A DNA stretch of 64,000 nt from Balneolaceae bacterium (GCA_007131725.1 SLPZ01000096.1:5220-69219); one strand, 5' to 3'; shown: positions 10,379-20,916, counted from the first letter of the stretch. Notes: a model not told the origin generated them from the sequence alone. Made by a program: numbers and translations.

Positions 10379-10745
10379 TATATTTTCTGTCTGAGGTAAG
10401 TAAATTTTATTTTAGCGTGTTAAACACAGTTACAAGAAACCCCAACAGTGTTAAGTTTTAATAATGTGAATGTTATTAAATCATGACGCGAATGTTATCA
10501 GATGACTTGATTATCGAAGCCGGGTGATGAAGGGAGAAATGTATTTTATTACGAGGCAGCCGGTTATGATAATTTATTCTGCCACCGGTGTGAAATACTT
10601 TGAATGATCAGCTTTAGTTCACTCCAAAAGAATAAATCTGCAGAGTAATTAGGTTCACCTTTATAAATATTCTAATCAGCTTTAGCTCGCACTGATTAAA
10701 AAAATATTGGTACCGCTCTCAGTTCGAAGTTGATGAAAAAAACAG

Positions 10746-10753
10746 TATTTTTG
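10746..10753 (+). promoter_or_regulatory. Putative Bacteroidota-type -7 box (TAnnTTTG) for the Na/Pi cotransporter
   Basis: TATTTTTG about 110 nt upstream of ATG 10863; no convincing -33 box at the canonical spacing. Confidence 0.3.
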
Positions 10754-10862
10754 TAAAAACACGAAGTGCAGAGTTTTTAAGATTTGGTAACAAAGAAGAA
10801 ATATGCCGATATTGAAAACCAATTAGCCGTTATTCGACCTGCCTTTATTTGATTGTCTATAG

Positions 10863-12599
10863 ATGTCCTATACATTATTTGATTTTTTACAACTGATTGG
10901 GGCTTTGGGGATTTTCATTTTTGGAATGAAAATCTTCAGTGATGGATTGCAGAAAGTTGCAGGCAGCAAGTTGAGGGCAATTCTGAAGGGGATGACCACC
11001 AGCCGGTTCCGGGGAATTTTGACGGGTTTTGGCGCCACAACCATCACACAATCCTCAACTACCACAACCGTGATGGTGGTAAGTTTTGTGAATGCCGGGC
11101 TTATCACATTTATCGAATCTACCGGTGTGATTATGGGAGCTAATATCGGAACCACGGTAACTGCCTGGATGGTTTCCATATTTGGATTCCAGATGCAAAT
11201 TACCCCGATTGCAGTCAGCTTAATCGGCCTGTTCTTTCCGTTTCTTTTCTTTGGCAAAGAAAAGCTAAGAAATCTTGCTGAGGCTATGATTGGATTCGGT
11301 ATACTGTTTATCGGCCTTGAATTCATCAAAGATGCAGTACCAAACATTCAGGAAAATCCGGAAATGTTTGCTTTCCTGGATTCCTTCACCGGCTTTGGGT
11401 TTGCCTCGCTGCTGATTTTCGTATTAGTCGGAACCCTGCTTACGCTTATCACCCAATCTTCTTCTGCTGCCACAGCCATTACGCTGGTTATGCTTTTCCA
11501 GGGATGGATTAACTTTCCCATTGCCGCCGCCATGATTTTGGGTGAAAATATCGGGACAACCGTTACAGCAAATATCGCAGCACTTATCGGAAATGTTCAC
11601 GCCAAACGCGCAGCCAGGTTCCATTTCATTTTCAATGCCTTCGGGGTTTTATGGATGATTATGCTTATCAATCCCTTTTTGATTGGCATCGATTACATTA
11701 TGCAGAACTTTATCCCGGATGTTGGCTCCATGTTTGATGATACACCGGAGGCACGTGCTGCTGCTACACTTGGTATTTCTCTGTTCCACACCACATTCAA
11801 TATTCTGAATGTACTCCTGCTTTTTGGGTTTGTGCCGGCAATTATCCGGTTTGTCGAGCGTATCCAAAAAGAAGATGAAACATCAGACAAAGCGTTCCGC
11901 CTGCAGTACATTTCCGGCGGGTTGATGTCGTCTCCCGAACTTTCCATTGCGCAGGCACACAAAGAGATAGAGCTTTTTGCCAAACTGATCGAAAAAATGC
12001 ATTACAGTTTTTCCGGGCTGTTCTTTAAAAAGCAAAAAAAGCAGGAGAAGTTTTTAAAGAAAATCGAAAAGCGGGAACAGATTACCGATAATATTGAATT
12101 GGAAGTTTCTGATTATCTGACCCGAATTTCTTCGACAACCCTGTCTGATCAGGCAACCCGGCGAATACGGTCTATGCACAGTATTGTGAACGATCTGGAG
12201 AGAATTGGAGACCTTTACTATCAAATGTCAAAAACGTTTGAAGATATGATGGACTTGGAGGTTGCCCTGCCGAAAGATGCCATTATGGAGATAAGTGAAT
12301 ATCTGGATGTAATATTGAGTGCAATTAAGCTGATGCGCGAAAATATGGAATTATCGAACGGTAATGTTGACCTTGAGTCAGCCATTGAGCTCGAAAATGA
12401 AATAAATGAAACCCGTGATAAGATGAAAGAAATGCATTATCGGCGCCTTGAGCAGGGAGTGTATACAACACAAGCCGGAGTCGTATTTCTTGATTTCATT
12501 ACTCGGCTTGAAAAAATCGGCGACCACATTTTTAACGTGCAGGAATCTCTTGCCGGCAGAAAACTAAAAACCCATTCTGATATGATCGTTGGCCGGTAA
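10863..12599 (+). CDS. Na+/phosphate cotransporter (NptA/YjbB, PNaS family) with C-terminal PhoU-like domains
   Basis: TQSSTTTT and TQSSSAAT repeats, GANIGTT and GENIGTT; DLERIGD and LEKIGDH PhoU-like motifs. Confidence 0.92.
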   Translation: MSYTLFDFLQLIGALGIFIFGMKIFSDGLQKVAGSKLRAILKGMTTSRFRGILTGFGATTITQSSTTTTVMVVSFVNAGLITFIESTGVIMGANIGTTVTAWMVSIFGFQMQITPIAVSLIGLFFPFLFFGKEKLRNLAEAMIGFGILFIGLEFIKDAVPNIQENPEMFAFLDSFTGFGFASLLIFVLVGTLLTLITQSSSAATAITLVMLFQGWINFPIAAAMILGENIGTTVTANIAALIGNVHAKRAARFHFIFNAFGVLWMIMLINPFLIGIDYIMQNFIPDVGSMFDDTPEARAAATLGISLFHTTFNILNVLLLFGFVPAIIRFVERIQKEDETSDKAFRLQYISGGLMSSPELSIAQAHKEIELFAKLIEKMHYSFSGLFFKKQKKQEKFLKKIEKREQITDNIELEVSDYLTRISSTTLSDQATRRIRSMHSIVNDLERIGDLYYQMSKTFEDMMDLEVALPKDAIMEISEYLDVILSAIKLMRENMELSNGNVDLESAIELENEINETRDKMKEMHYRRLEQGVYTTQAGVVFLDFITRLEKIGDHIFNVQESLAGRKLKTHSDMIVGR

Positions 12600-12641
12600 A
12601 AAGCAGAATCAATAAACCGGTGATTATCTGCCTTGCACTGA

Positions 12642-12916
12642 CTGGCGCAAGCGTCCGCTTGTGCCATTGTCGCTTGTGCTATTGGTGCCTGTCCCCAGGG
12701 GCTCGTGCCAATCTTCGCAGTTCCACTTCAGTCACATCCACTGTTTGCAAACAGCCTTAAACATGTGAATTTGGCCTTTTCGATGGTTCACAACTCTGCC
12801 AGGAGCCGAGAAGCACGGCACTCTGGCAGGTTGTTTGATTAAGTCTTGTGTAAAACTATCATCAAAGGCACAAGCGGATACGTTCGACTCCGCTCAGTAC
12901 AGGCTGCTTGCGCCAG
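12642..12916. repeat. REP/REPIN-like inverted-repeat element between convergent genes; right arm interrupted by a 26-nt insert
   Basis: Left arm CTGGCGCAAGCGTCCGCTTGTGCC (12642-12665); right arm GGCACAAGCGGAT[insert 12880-12905]GCTTGCGCCAG (12867-12916). Confidence 0.65.
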
Positions 12917-12963
12917 ATTGAGTTTTTGTTCTGAGGATTTTTTCAAAAAACTGAACCGGCAGT

Positions 12964-15900
12964 TTAACTGCTCAGGGCTTTTTTGATGGTGCTTCTTCTT
13001 TTCTTGGAGATACCGATGACAACAGCAGGCACTACAAACAGTGTCAGAATTGTGGCAAAGGCAAGGCCGCCGATTACCGAACGGGCCAGCGGGCTCCAGG
13101 TTTCTGAGCCGGCCCCGATTTCCAGGGCAAGTGGAATCATGGAGCAGATGGTTGTCAATGCAGTTAACAGAATTGGCCGCATCCGGCGTTTACAGGCTTC
13201 GAGAAATTTTTCCAGATAATCAATTTCTCCTTCTTTATCGCGCGTGTTCTGATGGATATAATCGAGCAGAACAATACCGTTGTTCACCACAATTCCAATC
13301 AGAATTACAATTCCGATATATGCAGGTACACTCAAAGGTGTATTGGTGATGAAGAGAAATAACAGAGAGCCGAAAAATGCAAGCGGCACCGAAAACATTA
13401 CAATAAACGGATCGCGAAGATTCTCGAACAGGGATGCCATCACCATATAAGTCAGCAGCAGGGCAAAGAAAAGGGCAACCAGAATTTCAGCACCGCTCTC
13501 TTGTTGTGCAAATACCGAACCGGCAAATTCATACCTGTAACCATCGGGCATAATAAATTCATTATCCAGAAAATCGGTAAGCCGTTCCTGGTATACTTCC
13601 ATATCGCCGCGAACCATGATACTGACATCAAGCAGGGTTTCTCTGTCACGCCGTTGAATTCTGTTCAATCCCTCCTGCAGTTGAAACTGGCCCAATCCTA
13701 AAACAGGTATGCGCTGGTCATCTACCTGGGCTAGCTCAAGCGCAAAAAGATCTTCACGGTTTTGGAACTGACTGCGGACATTACGCACCTGGATGGGTAT
13801 TTCCCGGCCTTCCTCACGGAAAAAGCCTGCCCGGTTGCCGCGTGCCTGAGATCCAAGCTCTGAAGCAATGCTGGTTGAAGCGATACCTGTTCGGCTGATT
13901 CTGTGGCGATCCAGTTCGTAAACCAGTTCCGGCCCCGGCCTGGTTCGCGGATTACTGACTGATAGAACCTCAGGGTCATCGATCAAGGCCTCTTCTATTT
14001 GCAGCGTAAGCCTTTGCAGAACTTCAACATCCGGACCTATAAGGCTGATTCGTATTCCCCGGCCTGCCCAGCCGCGTCCTGTGGGGATGCCACCGCCTCC
14101 GCCCAGGTTGGCAATTTCTATATTGATGTCATCATCCGTTTCAAGAAGCCTCTGGTAGCGGCTGGCGAGTTCGGCTGTTACTTCATCACGCCGGCTTTCA
14201 TCAACAAGAGTGATGCTAAGTGTGCCGGCATTGGTCAGCGTACTCCGGCCGCGCCTTCCAATGTTGGTTATAACGGTTTCTACTTCGGGTTCTTCGAGTA
14301 AACGCTGAGTATATTCCCGCAGAAAAGTTGCCGTTGTGGCGAGATTTGTTCCTGCTGGCAGTTCCACACGCAGATCAAACTGGCCTTCGTCTGTTTCAGG
14401 GAAAAATTCTTTTGGAATTGTTCCGAACAGGTAGTTGGCGCCTACGATGATTCCAATAACTCCAATAGCCACGATGTATTTTCTGGCAAGTACCCATTCA
14501 AGAATTCCAATGTAATTATCCTCAAGAGACTTGATCCAGCTCAGAGTATAATTTCTTTTCAAAAACTGTTCCCGTTGCAGTAAAATTGAAGCGAGAACCG
14601 GGATGAGAATGATTGAAGCCAGGAATGAAAAAGCGATGGAAATCGTGATGGTCAGAGCAAGGTCTCTTGCCACTGTGCCTGCAAAACCGGTAAGGCCGAG
14701 TATTGGGATGAACACAGCCATTGTGGTTAGTGTAGCACCCAGCAGCGCGCCTCCAACTTCATTGGTGCCGTCTAATGCAGCCTGGAAACGGGACTTCCCT
14801 TTTTCGAGCTGGTTAGCAATGCTTTCAGAAACCACAATGGAATTATCCACCAGCAGACCAATGGCAAGTGCAAGCCCTGTAATTGAGATGATGTTCAGGG
14901 TGATATCAAGAGCGTACATGGCAGCAAATGTGGCTGTGAGGCTAACCGGAATACTCATGGCCACAACAAAGGCAATTCTCCAGCCGCCCATAAACAGGAG
15001 CAGAATGATGACCACCACCGTAAGGGCAATTAAGGCCGATTGTGCAAGATTACTGATGGAGTCTTCGATAAACTGGCCTTCGTTGCTCAAAACCTGCATA
15101 GTAACACTGGATGGCAGGTTTGGCTGAAACTCCTGCATGGTGGCAATTACCTGGTGGGTAACATCAAGGGTATTGGCATCAGATTGTTTCTGAACTTCTA
15201 CGGTAACACTGTTGCGTCCGTTAATTTCAACGAGATTCCGGATTTCCTCATAATCATCCCGAACGAGTGCAACATCGCGCACACGTATCGGCACATCATC
15301 AACCATAGAAACTACGGTTTGTTGAATTTCTTCAACATTTTTATACATAGATTCTGCCCGGATGCTGAAGCTTGTGCGGTCGGCAATCAGGCTGCCTACG
15401 GGCTGCTGTACATTGTTGCTCCGGATGGCATTAATCACCTGGCTTGGCAGAAGGTTGTGCTGAGCCAGTGCCTCCGGGAAAAGGTCCACATAAATATTCC
15501 GGGTAAGGCCTCCCTGGGTTTCTGCAGAGGCTACGCCGTGTATCCGTTCAAACCTGGGTTCGATAAATTCAACAGAAAGCTGTCTGAGTTCATCAAGCCC
15601 CATAACGTCTGACTCTACACTTACTCGCATCACCGGTGCACGATCCGGATCAAACTGGAAGATGAACGGTTCATTGGCTTCATCAGGCAAAATAGGGCGG
15701 ATGCGCTCAACAGCTTCACGCACTTTCTGCTCTGTAACCATGATGTCAGTACCCGGCTGAAGGCGAAGTATCAGAAATGCCCCGCCCTGGCGCACATTAG
15801 AATCGAGCGATTCCACACCTTCAACTCCCATCACTGCTCCCTCAATGGGTTCCACCACAAGCCTCAGCATATCGTCGGGAGCAACATTCGAGTAGTTTAC

Positions 15901-16053
15901 CGAGATTCCCATCACCGGGATATTGAACGTTGGATAAAGCGTTACTTTCAAATTTGTAAGTGAAAACAGGCCAAATCCTATCACCAAAAGCGACATCATC
16001 ATCGCTGTAACGGGGCGTTTCAGAATTTTTTCGGTGATGGTAATTTTTTTCAT
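12964..16053 (-). CDS. RND efflux transporter permease (AcrB/AcrD/AcrF family), paralogue 2
   Basis: 1029 aa; RPVT start, GLLVDNSIVV, GIVVNNGIV, RRMRPILLT, W.PLA..VIGGL. Confidence 0.93.
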   Translation of the reverse strand: MKKITITEKILKRPVTAMMMSLLVIGFGLFSLTNLKVTLYPTFNIPVMGISVNYSNVAPDDMLRLVVEPIEGAVMGVEGVESLDSNVRQGGAFLILRLQPGTDIMVTEQKVREAVERIRPILPDEANEPFIFQFDPDRAPVMRVSVESDVMGLDELRQLSVEFIEPRFERIHGVASAETQGGLTRNIYVDLFPEALAQHNLLPSQVINAIRSNNVQQPVGSLIADRTSFSIRAESMYKNVEEIQQTVVSMVDDVPIRVRDVALVRDDYEEIRNLVEINGRNSVTVEVQKQSDANTLDVTHQVIATMQEFQPNLPSSVTMQVLSNEGQFIEDSISNLAQSALIALTVVVIILLLFMGGWRIAFVVAMSIPVSLTATFAAMYALDITLNIISITGLALAIGLLVDNSIVVSESIANQLEKGKSRFQAALDGTNEVGGALLGATLTTMAVFIPILGLTGFAGTVARDLALTITISIAFSFLASIILIPVLASILLQREQFLKRNYTLSWIKSLEDNYIGILEWVLARKYIVAIGVIGIIVGANYLFGTIPKEFFPETDEGQFDLRVELPAGTNLATTATFLREYTQRLLEEPEVETVITNIGRRGRSTLTNAGTLSITLVDESRRDEVTAELASRYQRLLETDDDINIEIANLGGGGGIPTGRGWAGRGIRISLIGPDVEVLQRLTLQIEEALIDDPEVLSVSNPRTRPGPELVYELDRHRISRTGIASTSIASELGSQARGNRAGFFREEGREIPIQVRNVRSQFQNREDLFALELAQVDDQRIPVLGLGQFQLQEGLNRIQRRDRETLLDVSIMVRGDMEVYQERLTDFLDNEFIMPDGYRYEFAGSVFAQQESGAEILVALFFALLLTYMVMASLFENLRDPFIVMFSVPLAFFGSLLFLFITNTPLSVPAYIGIVILIGIVVNNGIVLLDYIHQNTRDKEGEIDYLEKFLEACKRRMRPILLTALTTICSMIPLALEIGAGSETWSPLARSVIGGLAFATILTLFVVPAVVIGISKKRRSTIKKALSS

Positions 16054-16088
16054 GATCGAACCGGTTTAGATTTTTTCACTTTCATACC

Positions 16089-19000
16089 TCAGGCTTTCAG
16101 CGGATCTTCTTTGTGAACGGCATCAAAGCCAACTTTTTCCACAAAACTGTTGATTACATAGTACATGCAAGGCACGGCAAACAACATCAGCAGTGTAGAC
16201 ATAAACAACCCGCCAATAACCGACCGTGCCATCGGGCTCCAGGTTTCAGCACCGGCGCCAAGCTGAAGGGCCAGCGGAACCATCGCGAGGATAGTGGTAA
16301 ATGCCGTCATTAAAATAGGCCGCAGCCTTCTTCCGGCGCCATTCACAATGGCTGTATGGCGTTCCTGTCCGCGTGATTGCAGTATTTTGATGTAATCAAT
16401 CATCACGATGCCGTTATTTACCACAATACCGGTAAGGAGAACCAGGCCAACCATTGCTGTAACACTCACCGGGGTTGAGGTGAACCATAGCATCATCAGA
16501 ACACCGGTCAATGCAAGAGGTATGGTAACGATGATAATGAACGGCTCCACAAGGCTTTCAAACTGCGATGCCATCACCATGTAGGTTAAAATTCCTGCAA
16601 TAATGAATGCGATCATTAAAAAGTAGAACGATTCCTGCTGCTCTTCTGCTGAACCGCCAATTTCATACCGGTAACCTTCGGGCCAATCAATTGATGCCAG
16701 TTGATTATTCACAAGTTCGGTAGCTGTTCTCAGGTCCAGGTTGCCAAGATCGGCTTCCACTTCAACCATTCGTTCCTGGTTTACCCGCAGGATGTTTGAA
16801 GGGCCGGTGTAGCGTTCTATCCGGGCAAGGTTTTTAAGCGGCATCCAGTCGCCTGACGGAGTTCGGATCTGGAGATCCTGAAGAGCTGTGGATTGTGCCC
16901 GGTCGATTGGATCTACCTCTACGAGTACCTCAAATTCCAGACCCTGATCCACAAAAGTAGTGGCAACAGATCCCTGAACGGAATTGCTGAGGGCAGTAGC
17001 TACCTGAGCAGTAGACATCCCAACTCGTGCAATACGCTCTCGATCCATTTCAACCCGTAGCTCGGGCCGGCCCTGGTCAGCCGAACTGAAAACACTTACG
17101 ATTCCCTCGATATTGCGCATGTTTTCCATAGCCGCATTGGCCAGTACTTGTTTTACTTCCTGATCAAATCCATAAATTTGTACAATCAGGCCGGTTTCTC
17201 CGTCCGGGCTCAGCGGATCTTCGTGAACTTCGCGGATATTGGCTCCCGGAATAAATTGCAGACGCTCTAAAATTGCAGATGAAATTTCCATCTGGCTTCT
17301 TGGCCGGTCGGATACCGGAACCAGTTCAACCCGCACCCGTCCATGATTTCCGCCGGGATTGTCAGCGCCTTCGATACCGATTTTATCACCATAATCTGAT
17401 ACGACCAACCGGACTTCCGGCACTTCTTCGCGCACAATATTTTCAACCTGGATGATGGTGCGCTCAAGCTCCATTAGGCTGACGCCGGGTTCACGCTGAA
17501 TGTCCAGGATGATGAAGTTTTCATCAACCTGCGGGAAGAATTCACCTCCAAGCAGATAAAAGATCGGGAGCGAGGCAAAGAGCAAACCAAAAGCGCCGGC
17601 AATCACCCAGCCGCTTTTGTTCAATGCTTTATCCAGAACTTTTTTGTAGCCGTTTTCGAGCCGGTCGAACTGCCTGCCGAGCCAGGGGCCCAGTCGATCG
17701 GAAAAGAAAGATTTTACATGCTTGGCAGTCAGGGCATACAGTTTTAAAAACGGCCAAGTAACCAGGTAAATCAGAAACAGCGGAATAGATAAAATTCTTG
17801 TAAATACATTTTGGCGTCTCCAAACCAGAATTTTGTGGAGCAGATTTCTGGCAGGATCTTTCTTGTCGGCCTGAATTAATTCTGCTTCAAAAAACCGGGA
17901 GCTTAACACCGGAATGAGGGTGATGGCAACCAGCACGGAGATGATCAGTGCAAACGAAATGGTGAGTGCCATATCGCGGAACAGAAGCCCGGCGATACCC
18001 GGTACAAAAAGTATGGGCAGAAATACGACGAGTGTGGTTAGTGTAGAAACAATTACCGGGGTAGCCACTTCCTGCGCACCCGATGTGGCAGAGTTTTTAC
18101 CGTCGTGGCCATCTTCTTTGAATCGGAAGATGTTTTCGAGCACAACCACTGCATTATCAACCACAAGCCCCACTGCCAGTGTGAGCCCGGACAACGAAAT
18201 AATGTTGAGGCTGACATTGGAAAAATCCATAATGCTGAATGTGGCGATGATGGAGATGGGAATGGTGATGGCCACAATCAAAGATGAACGCCCGCTTCTC
18301 AGGAACAGCAGCAGCATGATGATAACCAGAACCACGGCTTGCAGGCCTGTGTAAACAAGGTTTTGTATGGACATGCTGATGAAATCAGCACGGTTGGTCA
18401 GTACCTCAAGGCTAACATCTGATGGAAGTACAGCCCGGATGCCGTCCAACGCATCCGTCACACCGCCGGCAGCATTCACAATGTTGCTGTCACTTGTTTT
18501 GTAGACATTTAAAATGACACCATCATTGCCTTGCACACGCACATTGCCGATTGGCTGGCTAATTCCATCCTCAACCCAGGCCACATCTTTTAGGTAAATC
18601 GGGTTTCCGTCGTCAGTAACGGACACAATACTGTTCCGGATCTGCTCAATATTCCGGAAATCACCAATTGTCCGGAGTGAAAAAACGGTTTCTCCCTCGG
18701 TGAGTTCACCGGCCGGGACTTGCACATTTTCCTGGCTCAGCCTGTTTGAGACTGCTTCAATATCCAGGTTGTAGGCACGCATCTGGGCGTTACTGAGGCG
18801 CACATTAATCTGGCGATCAAATCCTCCGGCGGTTTCAGCAGAAGCTATTCCTTCAATTCGTTCTAAGCGCTGTTCAATTTGCCGTGTAGCCAGTGTTCGC
18901 AGATCGCGGGGGCTTCGTGTGTTTGATGTAAGGGCGAGAACAAGAACCGGTTCATCATTGGGGTCGTACGAGAAAACGATGGGCTGGTCTATGTCATCAG

Positions 19001-19361
19001 GCAGGGCGCGGCGGATCATATCAAGCCGTTTTCTCACTTCTGTTTCGGCTACAAACAGGTCTGTGCCCCAGTTGAAATTCAATTTTACTACGGAAGCGCC
19101 CTGGCTGGAGAGAGATCTAACCCGGCGGACACCCGAAATACTGCCAACCTGTTCTTCGATTTGCCGGGTAACCAGTGTTTCGATGTCTTCGGGCGCAACA
19201 CCTTCGTAGGTGCTGTACACCGTAATTGTCGGGAAAGAAACGTCCGGATAGAGGTTGAGCCGCAGATTGTTCAATCCGTAAAGCCCGAAACCGATCAGAA
19301 TAATACTGATCATCATAAAGGTAATCGGGCGGGAAACTGCGAGTTTAGGGAGATTTTTCAT
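16089..19361 (-). CDS. RND efflux transporter permease (AcrB/AcrD/AcrF family), paralogue 1
   Basis: 1090 aa; YPDVSFP, GLVVDNAVVVLEN, GIVVNNGIV, RRLRPILMT. Confidence 0.93.
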   Translation of the reverse strand: MKNLPKLAVSRPITFMMISIILIGFGLYGLNNLRLNLYPDVSFPTITVYSTYEGVAPEDIETLVTRQIEEQVGSISGVRRVRSLSSQGASVVKLNFNWGTDLFVAETEVRKRLDMIRRALPDDIDQPIVFSYDPNDEPVLVLALTSNTRSPRDLRTLATRQIEQRLERIEGIASAETAGGFDRQINVRLSNAQMRAYNLDIEAVSNRLSQENVQVPAGELTEGETVFSLRTIGDFRNIEQIRNSIVSVTDDGNPIYLKDVAWVEDGISQPIGNVRVQGNDGVILNVYKTSDSNIVNAAGGVTDALDGIRAVLPSDVSLEVLTNRADFISMSIQNLVYTGLQAVVLVIIMLLLFLRSGRSSLIVAITIPISIIATFSIMDFSNVSLNIISLSGLTLAVGLVVDNAVVVLENIFRFKEDGHDGKNSATSGAQEVATPVIVSTLTTLVVFLPILFVPGIAGLLFRDMALTISFALIISVLVAITLIPVLSSRFFEAELIQADKKDPARNLLHKILVWRRQNVFTRILSIPLFLIYLVTWPFLKLYALTAKHVKSFFSDRLGPWLGRQFDRLENGYKKVLDKALNKSGWVIAGAFGLLFASLPIFYLLGGEFFPQVDENFIILDIQREPGVSLMELERTIIQVENIVREEVPEVRLVVSDYGDKIGIEGADNPGGNHGRVRVELVPVSDRPRSQMEISSAILERLQFIPGANIREVHEDPLSPDGETGLIVQIYGFDQEVKQVLANAAMENMRNIEGIVSVFSSADQGRPELRVEMDRERIARVGMSTAQVATALSNSVQGSVATTFVDQGLEFEVLVEVDPIDRAQSTALQDLQIRTPSGDWMPLKNLARIERYTGPSNILRVNQERMVEVEADLGNLDLRTATELVNNQLASIDWPEGYRYEIGGSAEEQQESFYFLMIAFIIAGILTYMVMASQFESLVEPFIIIVTIPLALTGVLMMLWFTSTPVSVTAMVGLVLLTGIVVNNGIVMIDYIKILQSRGQERHTAIVNGAGRRLRPILMTAFTTILAMVPLALQLGAGAETWSPMARSVIGGLFMSTLLMLFAVPCMYYVINSFVEKVGFDAVHKEDPLKA

Positions 19362-19375
19362 TCAGATCTGATTTA

Positions 19376-20674
19376 TCAATTACTGCCGGATTGACGAGAT
19401 TGCTGGCCGCGTCCCTGTCCCTGCCCTTGGCGCTGATTTTGTTCTCTCATCTGCTGTGCCTGTTCGGGAGTGATATTTTGCATGCGGTCAGCACGGCTGT
19501 CTGAAGGTGAATCGGGCCGGCTTCCGGCAACACGTATTTTACCGCCATCTTCAAGATTGCTCTGGCCGGTTACAATCAGGCCGTCGCCGGGAAATAGGCC
19601 ATCAACCACTTCAATTCTGTCTCCTTGTTCAATTCCTAAAACGAGATCTCTTCTCACGGCTACCGTATCGCCCTGGGAGATAAAGGCAGAATAAGTTCGC
19701 TCAAGTTCTATGGTTCCGGTTTCCGGTTCTATGTAGGTATCTACCGTCTCAACAATGGCAGATCGGGGAATTACAACCACGTCATCCCTGGTTTCCAGGA
19801 TAATGCGATTTTGAACCAGTGCGCCCTGATGGATAGAACTACCCGCCTCCGTCAGTGTGATAACAATTTCACCCAGCCCCGTTGTGGAATTTAATTGAGG
19901 GCTTTTTCGTGATACAACACCGGTGGCTATTTCACTTCCCCTGCTCGACAGCGACATGGAAACTTCCTGGCCTACCTGAACAGCTTCCCAATCCTGCATA
20001 GGCAGAAAAACTCTGGTTTCAAAACCTGTTAGGTTGGCAACTTCAAATGCCGCCTGGCCGGTTGTTGCCACATCACCTTCAGCTATTGACCGGCTGAGTA
20101 CCACGCCGTAAACCGGGGATGTGATTTTCGTGTTTTCCAGGTTTTCGAGGTTTTGGGTAAGTGCAGCACGTGCCGATTCGTACTGGGCAAGGCTGTTCAA
20201 ATATTGTGTGCGGAAATCATCGTACTCGGAGCGGCTGATCAAATCTCTTTCAAACAATTCGCGCTGCCGGTTTAACTGTGTGCTGTCGCGTTCAAGGGTG
20301 GCTCGTGCCTGGCGGATTTGTGCTCTTGACTGCTCGACGGCATCTTTGAAAGGAACGTCATTAATTTCAGCCATCACATCACCCGGAGCTACTTCATCAC
20401 CAAGATCAACATGAATTCTTGTAACGCGGTTTGATACCTGCGGTGTGATTACGACGATATCTTTTGCCCTTATTGTTCCAAAAGAACTCACCTGATCGGC
20501 AATGGTGCCGGTTTGAACCGGTATGACTTCAACGCTGGTCTCCTGCCCCCCAGCACCGCCAAATCCTCCCGGGCCACCGGGTTGATCGGATTGAGAATCG
20601 TTTCTGCCACAGGAAGCAATTAGCAAAACACCAAGCAGCACTAACGGGATGAATATTGATACTTTTTGTTTCAA
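19376..20674 (-). CDS. RND periplasmic adaptor (MFP) lipoprotein
   Basis: Lipobox IASC; lipoyl-like halves flanking a coiled-coil hairpin; ITSPVYGVV; Gly-rich linker and Gln/Gly-rich tail. Confidence 0.9.
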   Translation of the reverse strand: MKQKVSIFIPLVLLGVLLIASCGRNDSQSDQPGGPGGFGGAGGQETSVEVIPVQTGTIADQVSSFGTIRAKDIVVITPQVSNRVTRIHVDLGDEVAPGDVMAEINDVPFKDAVEQSRAQIRQARATLERDSTQLNRQRELFERDLISRSEYDDFRTQYLNSLAQYESARAALTQNLENLENTKITSPVYGVVLSRSIAEGDVATTGQAAFEVANLTGFETRVFLPMQDWEAVQVGQEVSMSLSSRGSEIATGVVSRKSPQLNSTTGLGEIVITLTEAGSSIHQGALVQNRIILETRDDVVVIPRSAIVETVDTYIEPETGTIELERTYSAFISQGDTVAVRRDLVLGIEQGDRIEVVDGLFPGDGLIVTGQSNLEDGGKIRVAGSRPDSPSDSRADRMQNITPEQAQQMREQNQRQGQGQGRGQQSRQSGSN

Positions 20675-20916
20675 TGGAATAAAATTTTTGATTTGATAAA
20701 ACGGGTATTAAAAAAGTTCACAAAAATAAGAATAACGGTGTGAAGAATGTTAATTCTGAAGTTCAGTAAATTATTTTATCCTTTTGACGAACGAACAAAA
20801 GATACGTTTGGTAAGTGGTTGTAAAAATTTTTTCAATCAATAATTGATTCGGAGCGTTCCCTTTATGGCAAAATGAATTTTCGAATTGTATTTGGCTATA
20901 CCTTGTTTAGGCGTAG

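Noticed and set aside
10607-10685. Direct repeat ATCAGCTTTAG at 10607 and 10675
   Set aside because: Only two 11-nt copies 68 nt apart; not a CRISPR array and no further support.
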